DNA of 64,000 nucleotides from Escherichia coli (GTDB lineage Bacteria; Pseudomonadota; Gammaproteobacteria; Enterobacterales; Enterobacteriaceae): NCBI RefSeq assembly GCF_016026235.1, contig NZ_CP065613.1; one strand, 5' to 3'. Shown piece by piece: positions 35,870 to 47,000 of this stretch (position 1 is its first letter; each line of letters starts with the position of its first letter). The notes under the pieces were generated by a model. It saw only the letters and a program-made list of their open reading frames with translations, ran no database searches and was not told where the DNA came from. The position numbers and the translations under genes were made by a program.

Positions 35870-36432
35870 TTAACGAGGCTTTTTTTTCCACACCCCTTTA
35901 AATCGAGCAGCATTACTGGCTGTGTATCTGACAGTATGCTGGATATTTCGATGACCCAGATAATCCTGGAGTAGTCGGGTATCGACACCATTGTCAGCCA
36001 GAGCAAAACCACAGGCATGACGTAACATATGAGGATGTGCTTTTACAGCTAATCCTGCACGTTTTCCAGCCTCACGAATGATAGAAAAAAATGTTGTCTG
36101 CTGATAGGGCGGCGTTTCCGGGAGAGAAAAAGCCAGTCTCCTTCAACTCCGTTTTCAATTAACTTCCTCTGCTTAAGCCACGACTTGATCAAATTATATT
36201 CATCAGGAAGAAGAGGATGTGTCGTCGAGAAACCATTTTTAATACGCCGAATATTAAGTTGTTTTCCTGATGCATCAATATCGGATAAACGTAAATCAAG
36301 AAGTTCACTGGCCCTAAAACCGTGAATGAAAGCCATCATAATTAGACAGCGATTTCTTTCAGGAAAGGACATGCTCTGGGCTGCATCCATCAGCCTGTAG
36401 ACTTCATCCTGTGTGAGATATTTTCTCGTCAT
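35870..36432 (-). pseudogene. FimB/FimE-family tyrosine site-specific recombinase with 1-bp frameshift in an A7 (coding-strand T7) tract
   Basis: N-frame MTRKYLTQDEVYRLM...FIHGFRASE...WLFLSRKRRPISRQHFF stops at 36049; next frame continues SIIREAGKRAGLAVKAHPHMLRHACGFALADNGVDTRLLQDYLGHRNIQHTVRYTASNAARFKGVWKKKPR to stop at 35870; tract at 36085..36091. Confidence 0.8.
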
Positions 36433-37510
36433 ACGCCACCGTGTACAGTTGTAAAAAAAAGAGGCACACCCAGATAAGTATGCCTGCCATCAGAACGTTA
36501 TCGATGTAATCTCATTATTTCATTAATAAGATTTTTTGAATAGTAGTTCTACGCAACAGATTAAATATGAACTATTTATTGTGCAGCTTTTCTACAAATC
36601 ATTTTTAATGCGTGTTTTTATCTACATTGATGTGAAAAAATAAATATAAAAGCTATGAGCGACAGGTCGTGTGGGATGTGTGTTACGTCTAATGTTTTAG
36701 TTGTTTTTATTAGTTTGAGATATTTGACATTATTTCTTGCGAGAACGCTTTATTGTGTATCTAATTGATTTTTCTTTTGTTTTTGGTTGGTGAAATTATA
36801 AGGTAGAAGGTGAGATTAGTTTAATATCAATGATATGAATTTATAAATACATATTATTGCAAGGTGTTCTTTAATTTTCTGGTCGTGAGTAAACCATTGT
36901 TAATGAACTCTGCTAATAAATTAAAAATGTTCTTTTGAATAGCTTTTGTTTTTTTGTAAACCTCAGTTTGTTTATTTTGCATTCGTTTGCTGGAGAGTAT
37001 TTCAACAATTTTTATTTTTCGCATAAACTTATTAACAACTTTTTATTATCAATTGGAAATCAATGTAAACTAAAATGTTAGCGAAGCGATAATCTTGTGC
37101 TAAAAAATATTTAAGCATGATGATTAATTAAAGAAGAGTAAAAATAAATCACTGCTAATAAATTATACGAATCGTGTTTAAAGCTCCACGTTGTTTTGGT
37201 CTGACTTATTTTTGTCCTCGTTTCAAGAACCCTTTTCGTATATGCTAACCGTGAGCGGGAGTGAACAAGTCACCATAGCCAGGAACACTAGCGGCGTAAT
37301 TCTTAAGCTGAGTGGCATTTCACCTGCGGTTTATCAGTGCATTCATAGCACCTTCATCAGCCAGATTGAACGAGTCCGCTTAGAATTTGCTGGCGAGGTT
37401 GTCACTATGAAGCATGAGAGTTACCTCAGTGTTTATATAAGGATTCAGCCCCCCTCTCTGGAACGGTAACTCTCAATCTGATCGGTTCCTGCGTTAGTTC
37501 ACATCACGAC

Positions 37511-39181
37511 TCATTTTTTCGCTCTCACCGGCATCCCATTTGCCACAAAATATCCCGCCGTGCTCCTTGGCAGCGCTTCCTGTCCACGAATCATGTCCGC
37601 TATTTTCTCGCCAATCATAATTGTCGTGGCGTTCAAATTGCCGGTGATAATCTGCGGCATAATTGACGCATCCACCACGCGTAGGCCTTCCAGCCCATGC
37701 ACGCGGCCTTCGCCGTCAACCACGGACATCTCGTCGTAGCCCATTTTGCAGGTACCGCACGGATGGAAGGCGGTTTCGGCGTGATTACGCACGAACTCAT
37801 CGAGCTGCTCATCCGTCTGACATTCCGTGCCGGGGCTGATTTCGCGGCCACGATACTGATCCAGCGCCGGTTGATGCATGATCTCGCGGGTGATGCGAAT
37901 TGCGTCGCGGAACTCCTGCCAGTCCTGCTCGTGCGACATGTAGTTAAACAGAATCGCCGGATGCTGGTGCGGGTCGCGGGATTTAATCCGCACATGCCCA
38001 CGGCTTGGCGAGCGCATCGATCCGACGTGGCACTGGAAGCCGTGCTCTTTCACTGCATTCGAGCCGTTATAGTTAATCGCTACTGGCAGGAAATGGTACT
38101 GAATATTCGGCCACGCAAATTCCTCTCGGCTGCGAATAAATCCGCCTGCTTCAAAGTGGTTGCTGGCACCAACGCCGGTGCCGCCAAACAGCCACTCCGC
38201 ACCGATTTTCGGCTGATTCCACCACTGCAGGGCAGGGTAGAGGGAAACCGGTTCTTTGCACTCATATTGCAGATACATCTCCAGATGATCCTGAAGATTT
38301 TCACCGACGCCGGGTAAATCATGCACCAGCGGAATATCAAACTCGGCCAACAGTTCAGCGTTGCCGACGCCAGAGCGTTGCAGGATCTGCGGTGAGGCAA
38401 TCGCGCCTGCACATAACAGCACTTCTTTGTTCGCCGTCGCGCGGGTCGGAATGGTGCTGTCGCCTTCCAGCCACTCGACGCCCACCGCGCGTTTACCGTC
38501 AAAAATAATGTGATCGGTCATGGCGTGAGTACGAATGGTCAGGTTTGGGCGCGATTTGGCCTGATCGAGATAACCGCGCGCGGTGCTGGCGCGGCGGCCC
38601 TGCGGCGTGACGGTGCGATCCATCGGGCCGAAACCTTCCTGCTGATAACCGTTGAGATCGTCCGTGCGCGGGTAGCCCGCCTGCACGCCCGCTTCAATCA
38701 TCGCTTCAAACAGCGGATTGACGCCGGGTTTGGAGGTGGTGACGCTCACCGGGCCGTCGCCGCCGTGGTAGTCGTTCTCGCCCATATCGCGAGTCTCGGC
38801 CTTGCGGTAGTAGGGCAGGCAGTCGAGGTAGCTCCAGTTCTCCAGACCGGGTTCTTGCGCCCAGTTATCGAGATCCAGCGCATTGCCACGGATGTAGCAC
38901 ATGCCGTTGATCAGCGACGATCCACCCAGACCTTTACCGCGTCCGCACTCCATGCGGCGGTTATTCATAAACGGTTCAGGTTCCGTTTCATAGGCCCAGT
39001 TGTAGCGTTTACCCTGTAGCGGGAATGCCAGGGCAGCGGGCATCTGGGTGCGGAAGTCAAAGCGATAGTCCGGGCCGCCCGCTTCAAGCAGCAGCACGGA
39101 GGTATTCGGATCTTCAGTCAGACGGGTAGCGAGAACGTTGCCAGCCGAGCCGGCACCAATAATGATGTAGTCAAATTGCAA
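37511..39181 (-). CDS. betA: Choline dehydrogenase BetA, 556 aa, TTG start
   Basis: GMC oxidoreductase with [12 protein letters not shown] motif; TTG at 39181 preceded by AGGAGG; N-terminus QFDYIIIG as recalled for BetA. Confidence 0.95.
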   Translation of the reverse strand: MQFDYIIIGAGSAGNVLATRLTEDPNTSVLLLEAGGPDYRFDFRTQMPAALAFPLQGKRYNWAYETEPEPFMNNRRMECGRGKGLGGSSLINGMCYIRGNALDLDNWAQEPGLENWSYLDCLPYYRKAETRDMGENDYHGGDGPVSVTTSKPGVNPLFEAMIEAGVQAGYPRTDDLNGYQQEGFGPMDRTVTPQGRRASTARGYLDQAKSRPNLTIRTHAMTDHIIFDGKRAVGVEWLEGDSTIPTRATANKEVLLCAGAIASPQILQRSGVGNAELLAEFDIPLVHDLPGVGENLQDHLEMYLQYECKEPVSLYPALQWWNQPKIGAEWLFGGTGVGASNHFEAGGFIRSREEFAWPNIQYHFLPVAINYNGSNAVKEHGFQCHVGSMRSPSRGHVRIKSRDPHQHPAILFNYMSHEQDWQEFRDAIRITREIMHQPALDQYRGREISPGTECQTDEQLDEFVRNHAETAFHPCGTCKMGYDEMSVVDGEGRVHGLEGLRVVDASIMPQIITGNLNATTIMIGEKIADMIRGQEALPRSTAGYFVANGMPVRAKK

Positions 39182-39194
39182 ATAAACCTCCTGG

Positions 39195-40667
39195 TTAGAA
39201 TATGGACTGGAATTTAGCCATCTCAACCTGGATGGACTTCACCTGGGTGTAACTCTGGAGCGTCATCACGCCGTTCTCGCGGCCAATACCGGAGTGTTTG
39301 TAGCCGCCAACGGGCATCTCTGCCGGGGATTCGCCCCAGGTATTGATCCAGCAAATACCCGCTTCCAGCTGATGAATGACGCGATGCGCGCGGTTCAGGT
39401 CCGTCGTCACGATACCCGCCGCCAGACCGTAGTCGGTATCATTGGCGCGGCGAATGACTTCGTCTTCCGACTCGTAGGTCAGAATGGACATCACCGGCCC
39501 GAAGATCTCTTCACGCACGATGGTCATCTCGTCGCTGCAATCGGTGAACACGGTCGGTGCAACCCATGCGCCGTTATCGAGGCCATCGCCTTTCAGTACA
39601 TCGCCGCCGCACAGTACGCGCGCGCCTTCCTCTTTGCCTTTGGCGATATAGCGCAGCACGTTATCGTGATGCGGGAAGCTGACCAGCGGGCCGAAGTTAG
39701 TTTGCGGATCGAAAACGTCGCCCGCGCGAATGCGCTCAACGCGCGCCAGAATTTTCTGCTCAAATGCGGCTTTGCATTTCGCCGGAACGAAGACGCGGGT
39801 GCCATTGGTACACACCTGACCGGAGCTGAAGAAGTTTGCCATCATGGCGATATCGGCGGCGAGATCGAGATCCGCATCATCGAAAACGATCAGCGGTGAT
39901 TTACCGCCCAGTTCCATGGTCACTTCTTTCAGGGAAGAGGCCGCCGAGTTAGCCATCACTTTTTTGCCGCTGGCGACACCGCCGGTAAATGAAACTTTGG
40001 CAATGCCCGGATGCTCGGTCAGATATTGCCCGGTCTCCGCGCCCACGCCCGGCAACACGTTAAATACGCCGTCCGGCAGGCCCGCTTCGCTGTAAATTTC
40101 AGCCAGCTTTAACGCGGTAAGCGGGGTGACTTCGCTCGGTTTGAAAATCATTGCATTACCCGCCGCCAGCGCGGGGGCGGATTTCCACAGGGCAATCTGG
40201 ATCGGGTAGTTCCATGCGCCAATCCCTGCCACCACGCCCAGCGGTTCGCGGCGAGTGTAGACAAATGATGTCTCACGCAACGGGATCTGGCTGCCTTCCA
40301 GCGACGGGATCAGCCCGGCGTAGTACTCCAGCACGTCCGCACCGGTAACGATATCGACGGTTGAGGTTTCCGAATACGCTTTTCCGGTGTCGAGGGTTTC
40401 CAGTTTGGCGAGTTCATCATTGCGCTCGCGCAGAATATCGACGGCCCGACGCAGAATACGCGAGCGTTCCATAGCGGTCATCGCCGCCCAGATTTTTTGC
40501 CCCTGTTGGGCACTCTTCACGGCGCGATCGACATCCTCGCGCCCGGCGGCCTGCACGGTCGCCAGCACGTTACCGTTGGCCGGGTTAATGGTCTCGAAGG
40601 TGCGACCGCTGGTGGCGGAGGTATAACCACCATGTATATAAAGCTGCTGTTCTGCCATTCGGGACAT
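39195..40667 (-). CDS. betB: Betaine aldehyde dehydrogenase BetB, 490 aa
   Basis: Aldehyde dehydrogenase family; start [15 protein letters not shown]; synteny. Confidence 0.95.
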   Translation of the reverse strand: MSRMAEQQLYIHGGYTSATSGRTFETINPANGNVLATVQAAGREDVDRAVKSAQQGQKIWAAMTAMERSRILRRAVDILRERNDELAKLETLDTGKAYSETSTVDIVTGADVLEYYAGLIPSLEGSQIPLRETSFVYTRREPLGVVAGIGAWNYPIQIALWKSAPALAAGNAMIFKPSEVTPLTALKLAEIYSEAGLPDGVFNVLPGVGAETGQYLTEHPGIAKVSFTGGVASGKKVMANSAASSLKEVTMELGGKSPLIVFDDADLDLAADIAMMANFFSSGQVCTNGTRVFVPAKCKAAFEQKILARVERIRAGDVFDPQTNFGPLVSFPHHDNVLRYIAKGKEEGARVLCGGDVLKGDGLDNGAWVAPTVFTDCSDEMTIVREEIFGPVMSILTYESEDEVIRRANDTDYGLAAGIVTTDLNRAHRVIHQLEAGICWINTWGESPAEMPVGGYKHSGIGRENGVMTLQSYTQVKSIQVEMAKFQSIF

Positions 40668-40680
40668 CACGTCTCCTCGG

Positions 40681-41268
40681 TTAATCGGTGGGTAAATGCT
40701 GAGTAATAAAGTGACGGGTCAGCGAGTGTGCGAGAGGTTTATCCAGCGGTTTGCCGCTCAGTGCCGCGCGCAGCCATAATCCGTCAATCAGCGCGGCAAG
40801 GCCGTAGCCCGCTTCCTGTGCCTGGTGGCGCGGCAATTCGCGGCGAAACTCGCTCACCAGATTCGACAGCAAGCGGCGGCTGCTGACCTGCTGTAAACGA
40901 TAGAGCATCGGCTGATGCATACTGCTGGCCCAGAACGCCAGCCAGGCTTTCATCGCCGCACTGCTCACCTGCGTTTCATCGAAGTTTCCGCCAACAATCG
41001 CCTGTAATCGCTGCTCTGCACTGCCCTGCGGAAGTGCATGTAATCGATTCAAAACCGCGTCACGCAGCTGACTGGTGATATCGCGCATGGTTGCTTCCAG
41101 CAGACCATTTTTGTCCCTGAAATAGTGGCTGATGATCCCCGTAGAAACGCCTGCACGGCGGGCGATCTGCGCGATCGTTGCATCGTGCATGCCCACTTCA
41201 TTTATTGCTTCCAGTGTGGCGTCGATCAGTTGTCTGCGCCGGATCGACTGCATCCCCAATTTGGGCAT
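40681..41268 (-). CDS. betI: BetI TetR-family repressor, 195 aa
   Basis: N-terminal TetR HTH; divergent from betT. Confidence 0.95.
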
Positions 41269-41395
41269 TTTCGCACTCCATTCATCAGCGTTGTTTATCT
41301 ATTAAAGCGGTTATTGATTGGACGTTCAATATAAAATGTGTCTTAATTGTTACGAATTTGATTTTAAATGGTAACAATAACAGTGGGGATACTGG

Positions 41396-43429
41396 ATGAC
41401 AGACCTTTCACACAGCAGGGAAAAGGACAAAATCAATCCGGTGGTGTTTTACACCTCCGCCGGACTGATTTTGTTGTTTTCCCTGACAACGATCCTGTTT
41501 CGCGACTTCTCGGCCCTGTGGATTGGCCGCACGCTGGACTGGGTTTCTAAAACCTTCGGTTGGTACTATCTGCTGGCGGCAACGCTCTATATTGTCTTTG
41601 TGGTCTGTATCGCTTGTTCGCGTTTTGGTTCGGTGAAGCTCGGGCCAGAACAATCCAAACCGGAATTCAGCCTGCTGAGTTGGGCGGCGATGCTGTTTGC
41701 TGCCGGGATCGGTATCGATCTGATGTTCTTTTCCGTAGCCGAACCGGTAACGCAGTATATGCAGCCGCCGGAAGGCGCGGGACAGACGATTGAGGCCGCG
41801 CGTCAGGCGATGGTCTGGACGCTGTTTCACTACGGCTTAACCGGCTGGTCGATGTATGCGCTGATGGGCATGGCGCTCGGATACTTTAGCTATCGTTATA
41901 ATTTGCCGCTCACCATCCGCTCGGCGCTGTACCCGATCTTCGGTAAACGGATTAACGGGCCGATAGGTCACTCAGTGGATATTGCAGCGGTGATCGGCAC
42001 TATCTTCGGTATTGCCACTACGCTCGGTATCGGTGTGGTGCAGCTTAACTATGGCTTGAGCGTACTGTTTGATATTCCCGATTCGATGGCGGCAAAAGCG
42101 GCACTGATCGCCTTGTCGGTGATAATCGCCACTATCTCGGTGACATCCGGTGTCGATAAGGGCATTCGCGTGTTATCGGAGCTTAATGTCGCGCTGGCGC
42201 TGGGATTGATCCTGTTCGTGTTGTTTATGGGCGACACTTCGTTCCTGCTTAATGCACTGGTGCTGAATGTTGGCGACTATGTGAATCGCTTTATGGGCAT
42301 GACGCTCAACAGTTTTGCCTTCGACCGCCCGGTTGAGTGGATGAATAACTGGACGCTCTTCTTCTGGGCATGGTGGGTGGCATGGTCGCCGTTTGTCGGC
42401 TTGTTCCTGGCGCGTATCTCGCGTGGGCGTACCATTCGCCAGTTCGTGCTGGGCACGTTGATTATTCCGTTTACCTTCACGCTGTTATGGCTCTCGGTGT
42501 TCGGCAATAGCGCGCTGTATGAAATCATCCACGGCGGCGCGGCATTTGCCGAGGAAGCGATGGTCCATCCGGAGCGCGGCTTCTACAGCCTGCTGGCGCA
42601 GTATCCGGCGTTTACCTTTAGCGCCTCCGTCGCCACCATTACTGGCCTGCTGTTTTATGTGACCTCGGCGGACTCCGGGGCGCTGGTGCTGGGGAATTTC
42701 ACCTCGCAGCTTAAAGATATCAACAGCGACGCCCCCGGCTGGCTGCGCGTCTTCTGGTCGGTGGCGATTGGCCTGCTGACGCTCGGCATGCTGATGACCA
42801 ACGGGATATCCGCGCTGCAAAACACCACGGTGATTATGGGGCTGCCGTTCAGCTTTGTGATCTTCTTCGTGATGGCGGGGTTGTATAAATCTCTGAAGGT
42901 AGAAGATTACCGCCGTGAAAGTGCCAACCGCGATACCGCACCGCGACCGCTGGGGCTTCAGGATCGCCTGAGCTGGAAAAAACGTCTCTCGCGCCTGATG
43001 AATTATCCGGGCACGCGTTACACTAAACAGATGATGGAGACGGTCTGTTACTCGGCAATGGAAGAAGTGGCGCAGGAGTTGCGGTTGCGCGGCGCGTACG
43101 TGGAGCTAAAAAGCCTGCCGCCGGAAGAGGGACAACAGTTGGGGCATCTGGATTTGTTGGTGCATATGGGCGAAGAGCAAAACTTTGTCTATCAGATTTG
43201 GCCGCAGCAATATTCGGTGCCGGGCTTTACCTACCGCGCACGTAGCGGTAAATCGACTTACTACCGGCTGGAAACTTTCCTGTTAGAAGGCAGCCAGGGC
43301 AACGACCTGATGGACTACAGCAAAGAGCAGGTGATCACCGATATTCTTGACCAGTACGAGCGGCACCTTAACTTTATTCATCTCCATCGTGAAGCGCCGG
43401 GCCATAGCGTGATGTTCCCGGACGCGTGA
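41396..43429 (+). CDS. betT: BetT high-affinity choline transporter (BCCT family), 677 aa
   Basis: Multi-pass membrane protein with BCCT signature region; synteny. Confidence 0.95.
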   Translation: MTDLSHSREKDKINPVVFYTSAGLILLFSLTTILFRDFSALWIGRTLDWVSKTFGWYYLLAATLYIVFVVCIACSRFGSVKLGPEQSKPEFSLLSWAAMLFAAGIGIDLMFFSVAEPVTQYMQPPEGAGQTIEAARQAMVWTLFHYGLTGWSMYALMGMALGYFSYRYNLPLTIRSALYPIFGKRINGPIGHSVDIAAVIGTIFGIATTLGIGVVQLNYGLSVLFDIPDSMAAKAALIALSVIIATISVTSGVDKGIRVLSELNVALALGLILFVLFMGDTSFLLNALVLNVGDYVNRFMGMTLNSFAFDRPVEWMNNWTLFFWAWWVAWSPFVGLFLARISRGRTIRQFVLGTLIIPFTFTLLWLSVFGNSALYEIIHGGAAFAEEAMVHPERGFYSLLAQYPAFTFSASVATITGLLFYVTSADSGALVLGNFTSQLKDINSDAPGWLRVFWSVAIGLLTLGMLMTNGISALQNTTVIMGLPFSFVIFFVMAGLYKSLKVEDYRRESANRDTAPRPLGLQDRLSWKKRLSRLMNYPGTRYTKQMMETVCYSAMEEVAQELRLRGAYVELKSLPPEEGQQLGHLDLLVHMGEEQNFVYQIWPQQYSVPGFTYRARSGKSTYYRLETFLLEGSQGNDLMDYSKEQVITDILDQYERHLNFIHLHREAPGHSVMFPDA

Positions 43430-44002
43430 TTGTTATTGCATAAAACCGCGCCATGTTTGCATATGGCGCAGGAATCATTGACTCGCTGTAAAAAATTATG
43501 CATATATTATATATGATTGTCATGTCATATCCTGAAATTCCTCTTGTATCACTTCATGATTTTATATTTTATTAATTAACGATTTTATTTTGTATTAGCT
43601 GAATGGATTCAGTCCTATAGGGTTATATATTTATTAATAAGACGATTCTTATATTTGGATACCTAATAAGAGTTACCACTTTTACCGGCTGTATATTAAA
43701 TGTATTTCTCCTGCTTTTGTTTATATTTTGAGTTGATTTGAGTTCCTGGATACATATAATGCGCAGGTATTAGAGACTGGTGGGGAATGTAATGATAAAG
43801 TTAAGAGTGTTAACTTAAAATAAGTTTTCAGTAGTAACTTGCTATTTTATTACCCTCTGAACTACATACTCAGATATGTGGTTGCCAATGCTATGCAAAA
43901 TTTTTGAATTTTTATATGCGATGAACAGTAACCGGAATGGCATTTAATGCGTTGCTGTTTATGCAATCTTGGTTTTATTTGGATGTATTGCTGGAGATTG
44001 TG

Positions 44003-47000
44003 ATGAATAAAATATATCGGCTAAAGTGGAACAGGTCCCGTAACTGTTGGAGCGTCTGCTCGGAGCTGGGGAGCAGAGTAAAAGGAAAAAAGTCCCGGGC
44101 TGTTTTAATTAGCGCGATAAGTTTATATTCATCTCTGGCACTGTCTAAAGATGTTACTGTAAGTGAAGATCACACAGCTGTATTCGGTAAAGATAACCAG
44201 ACTATTGATTACCGTATTTCAGTGACCGACAATGCCAATCTGGTAATCAATGCGACAGATACTTCCCGTCCGCGTCTGACTCTCGCGTCTGGTGGTGGGT
44301 TGGATATTACCGGAGGAAAGGTAACAATCAATGGCCCACTTAACTTTTTGCTGAAAGGTACGGGCTTCCTGAATGTCTCCAATGCTGGCAGCGAGTTATA
44401 TGCTGATGATTTGTATGAGTCAAACTCAGGCATGAGACATGATCAAGGCTATTTTAATGTCTCCAACGGCGGCAAAATTCATGTTAAGGGCACCAGTCGT
44501 CTGACTTATACGCAGGGGAATGTAAGCGGCGAAGGTAGTCAGGTAAATGCCGGGACCTTCTTTATGGGCGTTTACGGCGGATATGGCGGTAATCAGTTCC
44601 TGTCGGTTAATAACGGTGGTGAAGTTAATGCTCGTGAACATATTAGCCTGGGTTATTACGACCAACGTTCTGATACAACATTAGTCGTATCAGATGGAGG
44701 TAAAATATCCGCACCGAAAATTAGTTTAAGCACCAACTCTGAGTTAGCGTTAGGTGCACAGGAAGGAAGTGCTGCGAAGGCTGCAGGGATTATTGATGCC
44801 GAAAAAATTGAGTTTGTGTGGGCAAAGACATCCGATAAGAAAATCACCTTAAACCACACGGATAAAAACGCGACTATTTCCGCGGATATTGTCAGTGGCA
44901 GCGAGGGCCTGGGCTATATCAATGCGCTCAATGGCACGACTTACTTAACCGGTGATAACTCTGCCTTTAGTGGTAAAGTCAAAATTGAGCAAAATGGCGC
45001 TTTAGGGATCACCCAAAATATAGGTACAGCAGAGATCAACAACCGCGGGAAATTACACCTGAAGGCTGACGATAGCATGACCTTTGCCAATAAGATTTCC
45101 GGCAATGGTACAATAAGTATCGACAGTGGGACAGTGGCACTGACCGGCAATAACTATGCATTCAGCGGATATATTGATGTCGCTTCTGGTGCTGTCGCGG
45201 TTATTTCTGAAGACAAGAACATCGGCCGTGCGGACCTGGATGTTGATGGCAAACTGCAAATCAATGCCAATAAAGATTGGGTATTTGATAACGATCTTCA
45301 AGGTAGAGGTATTGTTGAAATAAACATGGGGAATCACGAATTCTCCTTCGATGAGTTTGCTTATACAGACTGGTTCCAGGGTTCACTGGCGTTCCAGAAC
45401 ACGGCATTTAACCTGGAAAAGAATGCTGAGTTTCTGCAGAGAGGCGGGATCACTGCGGGTCAGGGAAGCCAGGTAACAGTGGGTAAGGGCGCTCATTCTA
45501 TTAGCACTCTGGGATTCTCCGGCGGAACGGTTGATTTTGGTGCCCTGGCAGCTGGTGCACAGATGACAGAAGGGACCGTCAACGTTAGTAAAACGCTGGA
45601 TTTGCGCGGCGAGGGTGTGATTCAGGTTTCTGACAGTGACGTTGTAAGCTCAGTATCTCGTGATATTGACTCTGCGTTATCGCTCACTGAAGTCGATGAT
45701 GGTAACAGCACCATTAAGTTGGTTGATGCGCAAGGTGCGGAAGTTCTGGGCGATGCGGGCAATCTGCAATTGCAGGATAAAAATGGGCAAATCCTCTCCA
45801 GCAGCGCCCAACGTGATATTCAGCAGAATGGGCAAAAAGCGGCCGTCGGCACTTACGACTATCGTCTGACGAGTGGGGTAAACAATGACGGTCTGTATAT
45901 CGGTTACGGCCTGACCCAGCTTGATTTACACGCTACCGACAGCGATGCTCTGGTGCTGAGTTCTAACGGTAAAAGCGAGAATGCCGCCGATCTCAGCGCA
46001 AAGATTACCGGCAGTGGTGACCTGGCATTCAGCAGCCAGAAGGGTCAGACCGTATCGCTTTCTAACAAAGACAACGACTATACCGGTGTTACCGATCTGC
46101 GCAGTGGGACGCTTTTGTTGAATAACGATAACGTGTTGGGTAATACCCATGAACTGCGTCTGGCGGCAGAGACTGAACTGGATATGAATGGTCACAGCCA
46201 GACCGTGGGCACGCTCAATGGCAGCGCCGATTCACTGCTGAGCTTAAATGGCGGCAGTCTGACGGTTACCAACGGGGGCACTTCAACCGGTTCGTTAACG
46301 GGGAGCGGAGAGCTGAATATTCAGGGCGGCACGCTGGACATCGCGGGCGATAACAGCAACCTGACAGCGAATGTGAACATTGCTAATTCGGCTAATGTCC
46401 TGGTAAGTCATGCGCAGGGATTGGGTAGCGCAAACGTTGAGAACAACGGTACCCTGGCGTTGAATAATAGCGCTGAAAAAAGAGCGGCTGCGTCTGTGAA
46501 TTACACCCTGGGCGGCAATCTGACCAACAACGGTACGCTGATGACCGGAATGTCAGGACAGCAAGCTGGCAATGTGTTAGTGGTGAAGGGGAACTACCAC
46601 GGTAATAACGGTCAACTAGTAATGAATACGGTACTGAATGGCGATGACTCAGTAACCGATAAATTGGTTGTCGAGGGCGATACTAGCGGCACGACTGCCG
46701 TTACGGTGAATAACGCTGGCGGTACAGGTGCGAAAACCCTTAACGGTATCGAACTTATCCATGTAGACGGTAAGTCTGAGGGCGAATTTGTTCAGGCTGG
46801 TCGTATCGTTGCGGGGGCGTATGACTACACTCTCGCGCGTGGACAAGGGGCAAATAGTGGTAACTGGTATCTGACCAGCGGCAGTGATTCTCCTGAACTG
46901 CAGCCGGAGCCAGACCCGATGCCGAATCCGGAGCCAAACCCGAATCCAGAGCCGAACCCTAACCCGACACCTACGCCGGGTCCGGATCTGAATGTGGATA

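Noticed and set aside
35870-36432. Tyrosine recombinase as a possible prophage or integrative-element integrase
   Set aside because: Protein is only ~187 aa and matches the small FimB/FimE invertase class, not phage integrases; no phage, tRNA or attachment-site context; adjacent genes are regulators and an adhesin.
37191-37469. 92-aa ORF in the leader between betA and the recombinase as a possible small gene
   Set aside because: No RBS, no recognisable motif, overlaps the inverted-repeat region; most likely a chance ORF. Not excluded, just unsupported.
35800-37510. Attempt to locate the inverted repeats of an invertible switch by eye
   Set aside because: Only short (6-7 bp) reverse-complement matches were found among the GC-containing words I checked; fim-type repeats are about 9 bp and could have been missed, so the switch is reported as a hypothesis, not a feature.
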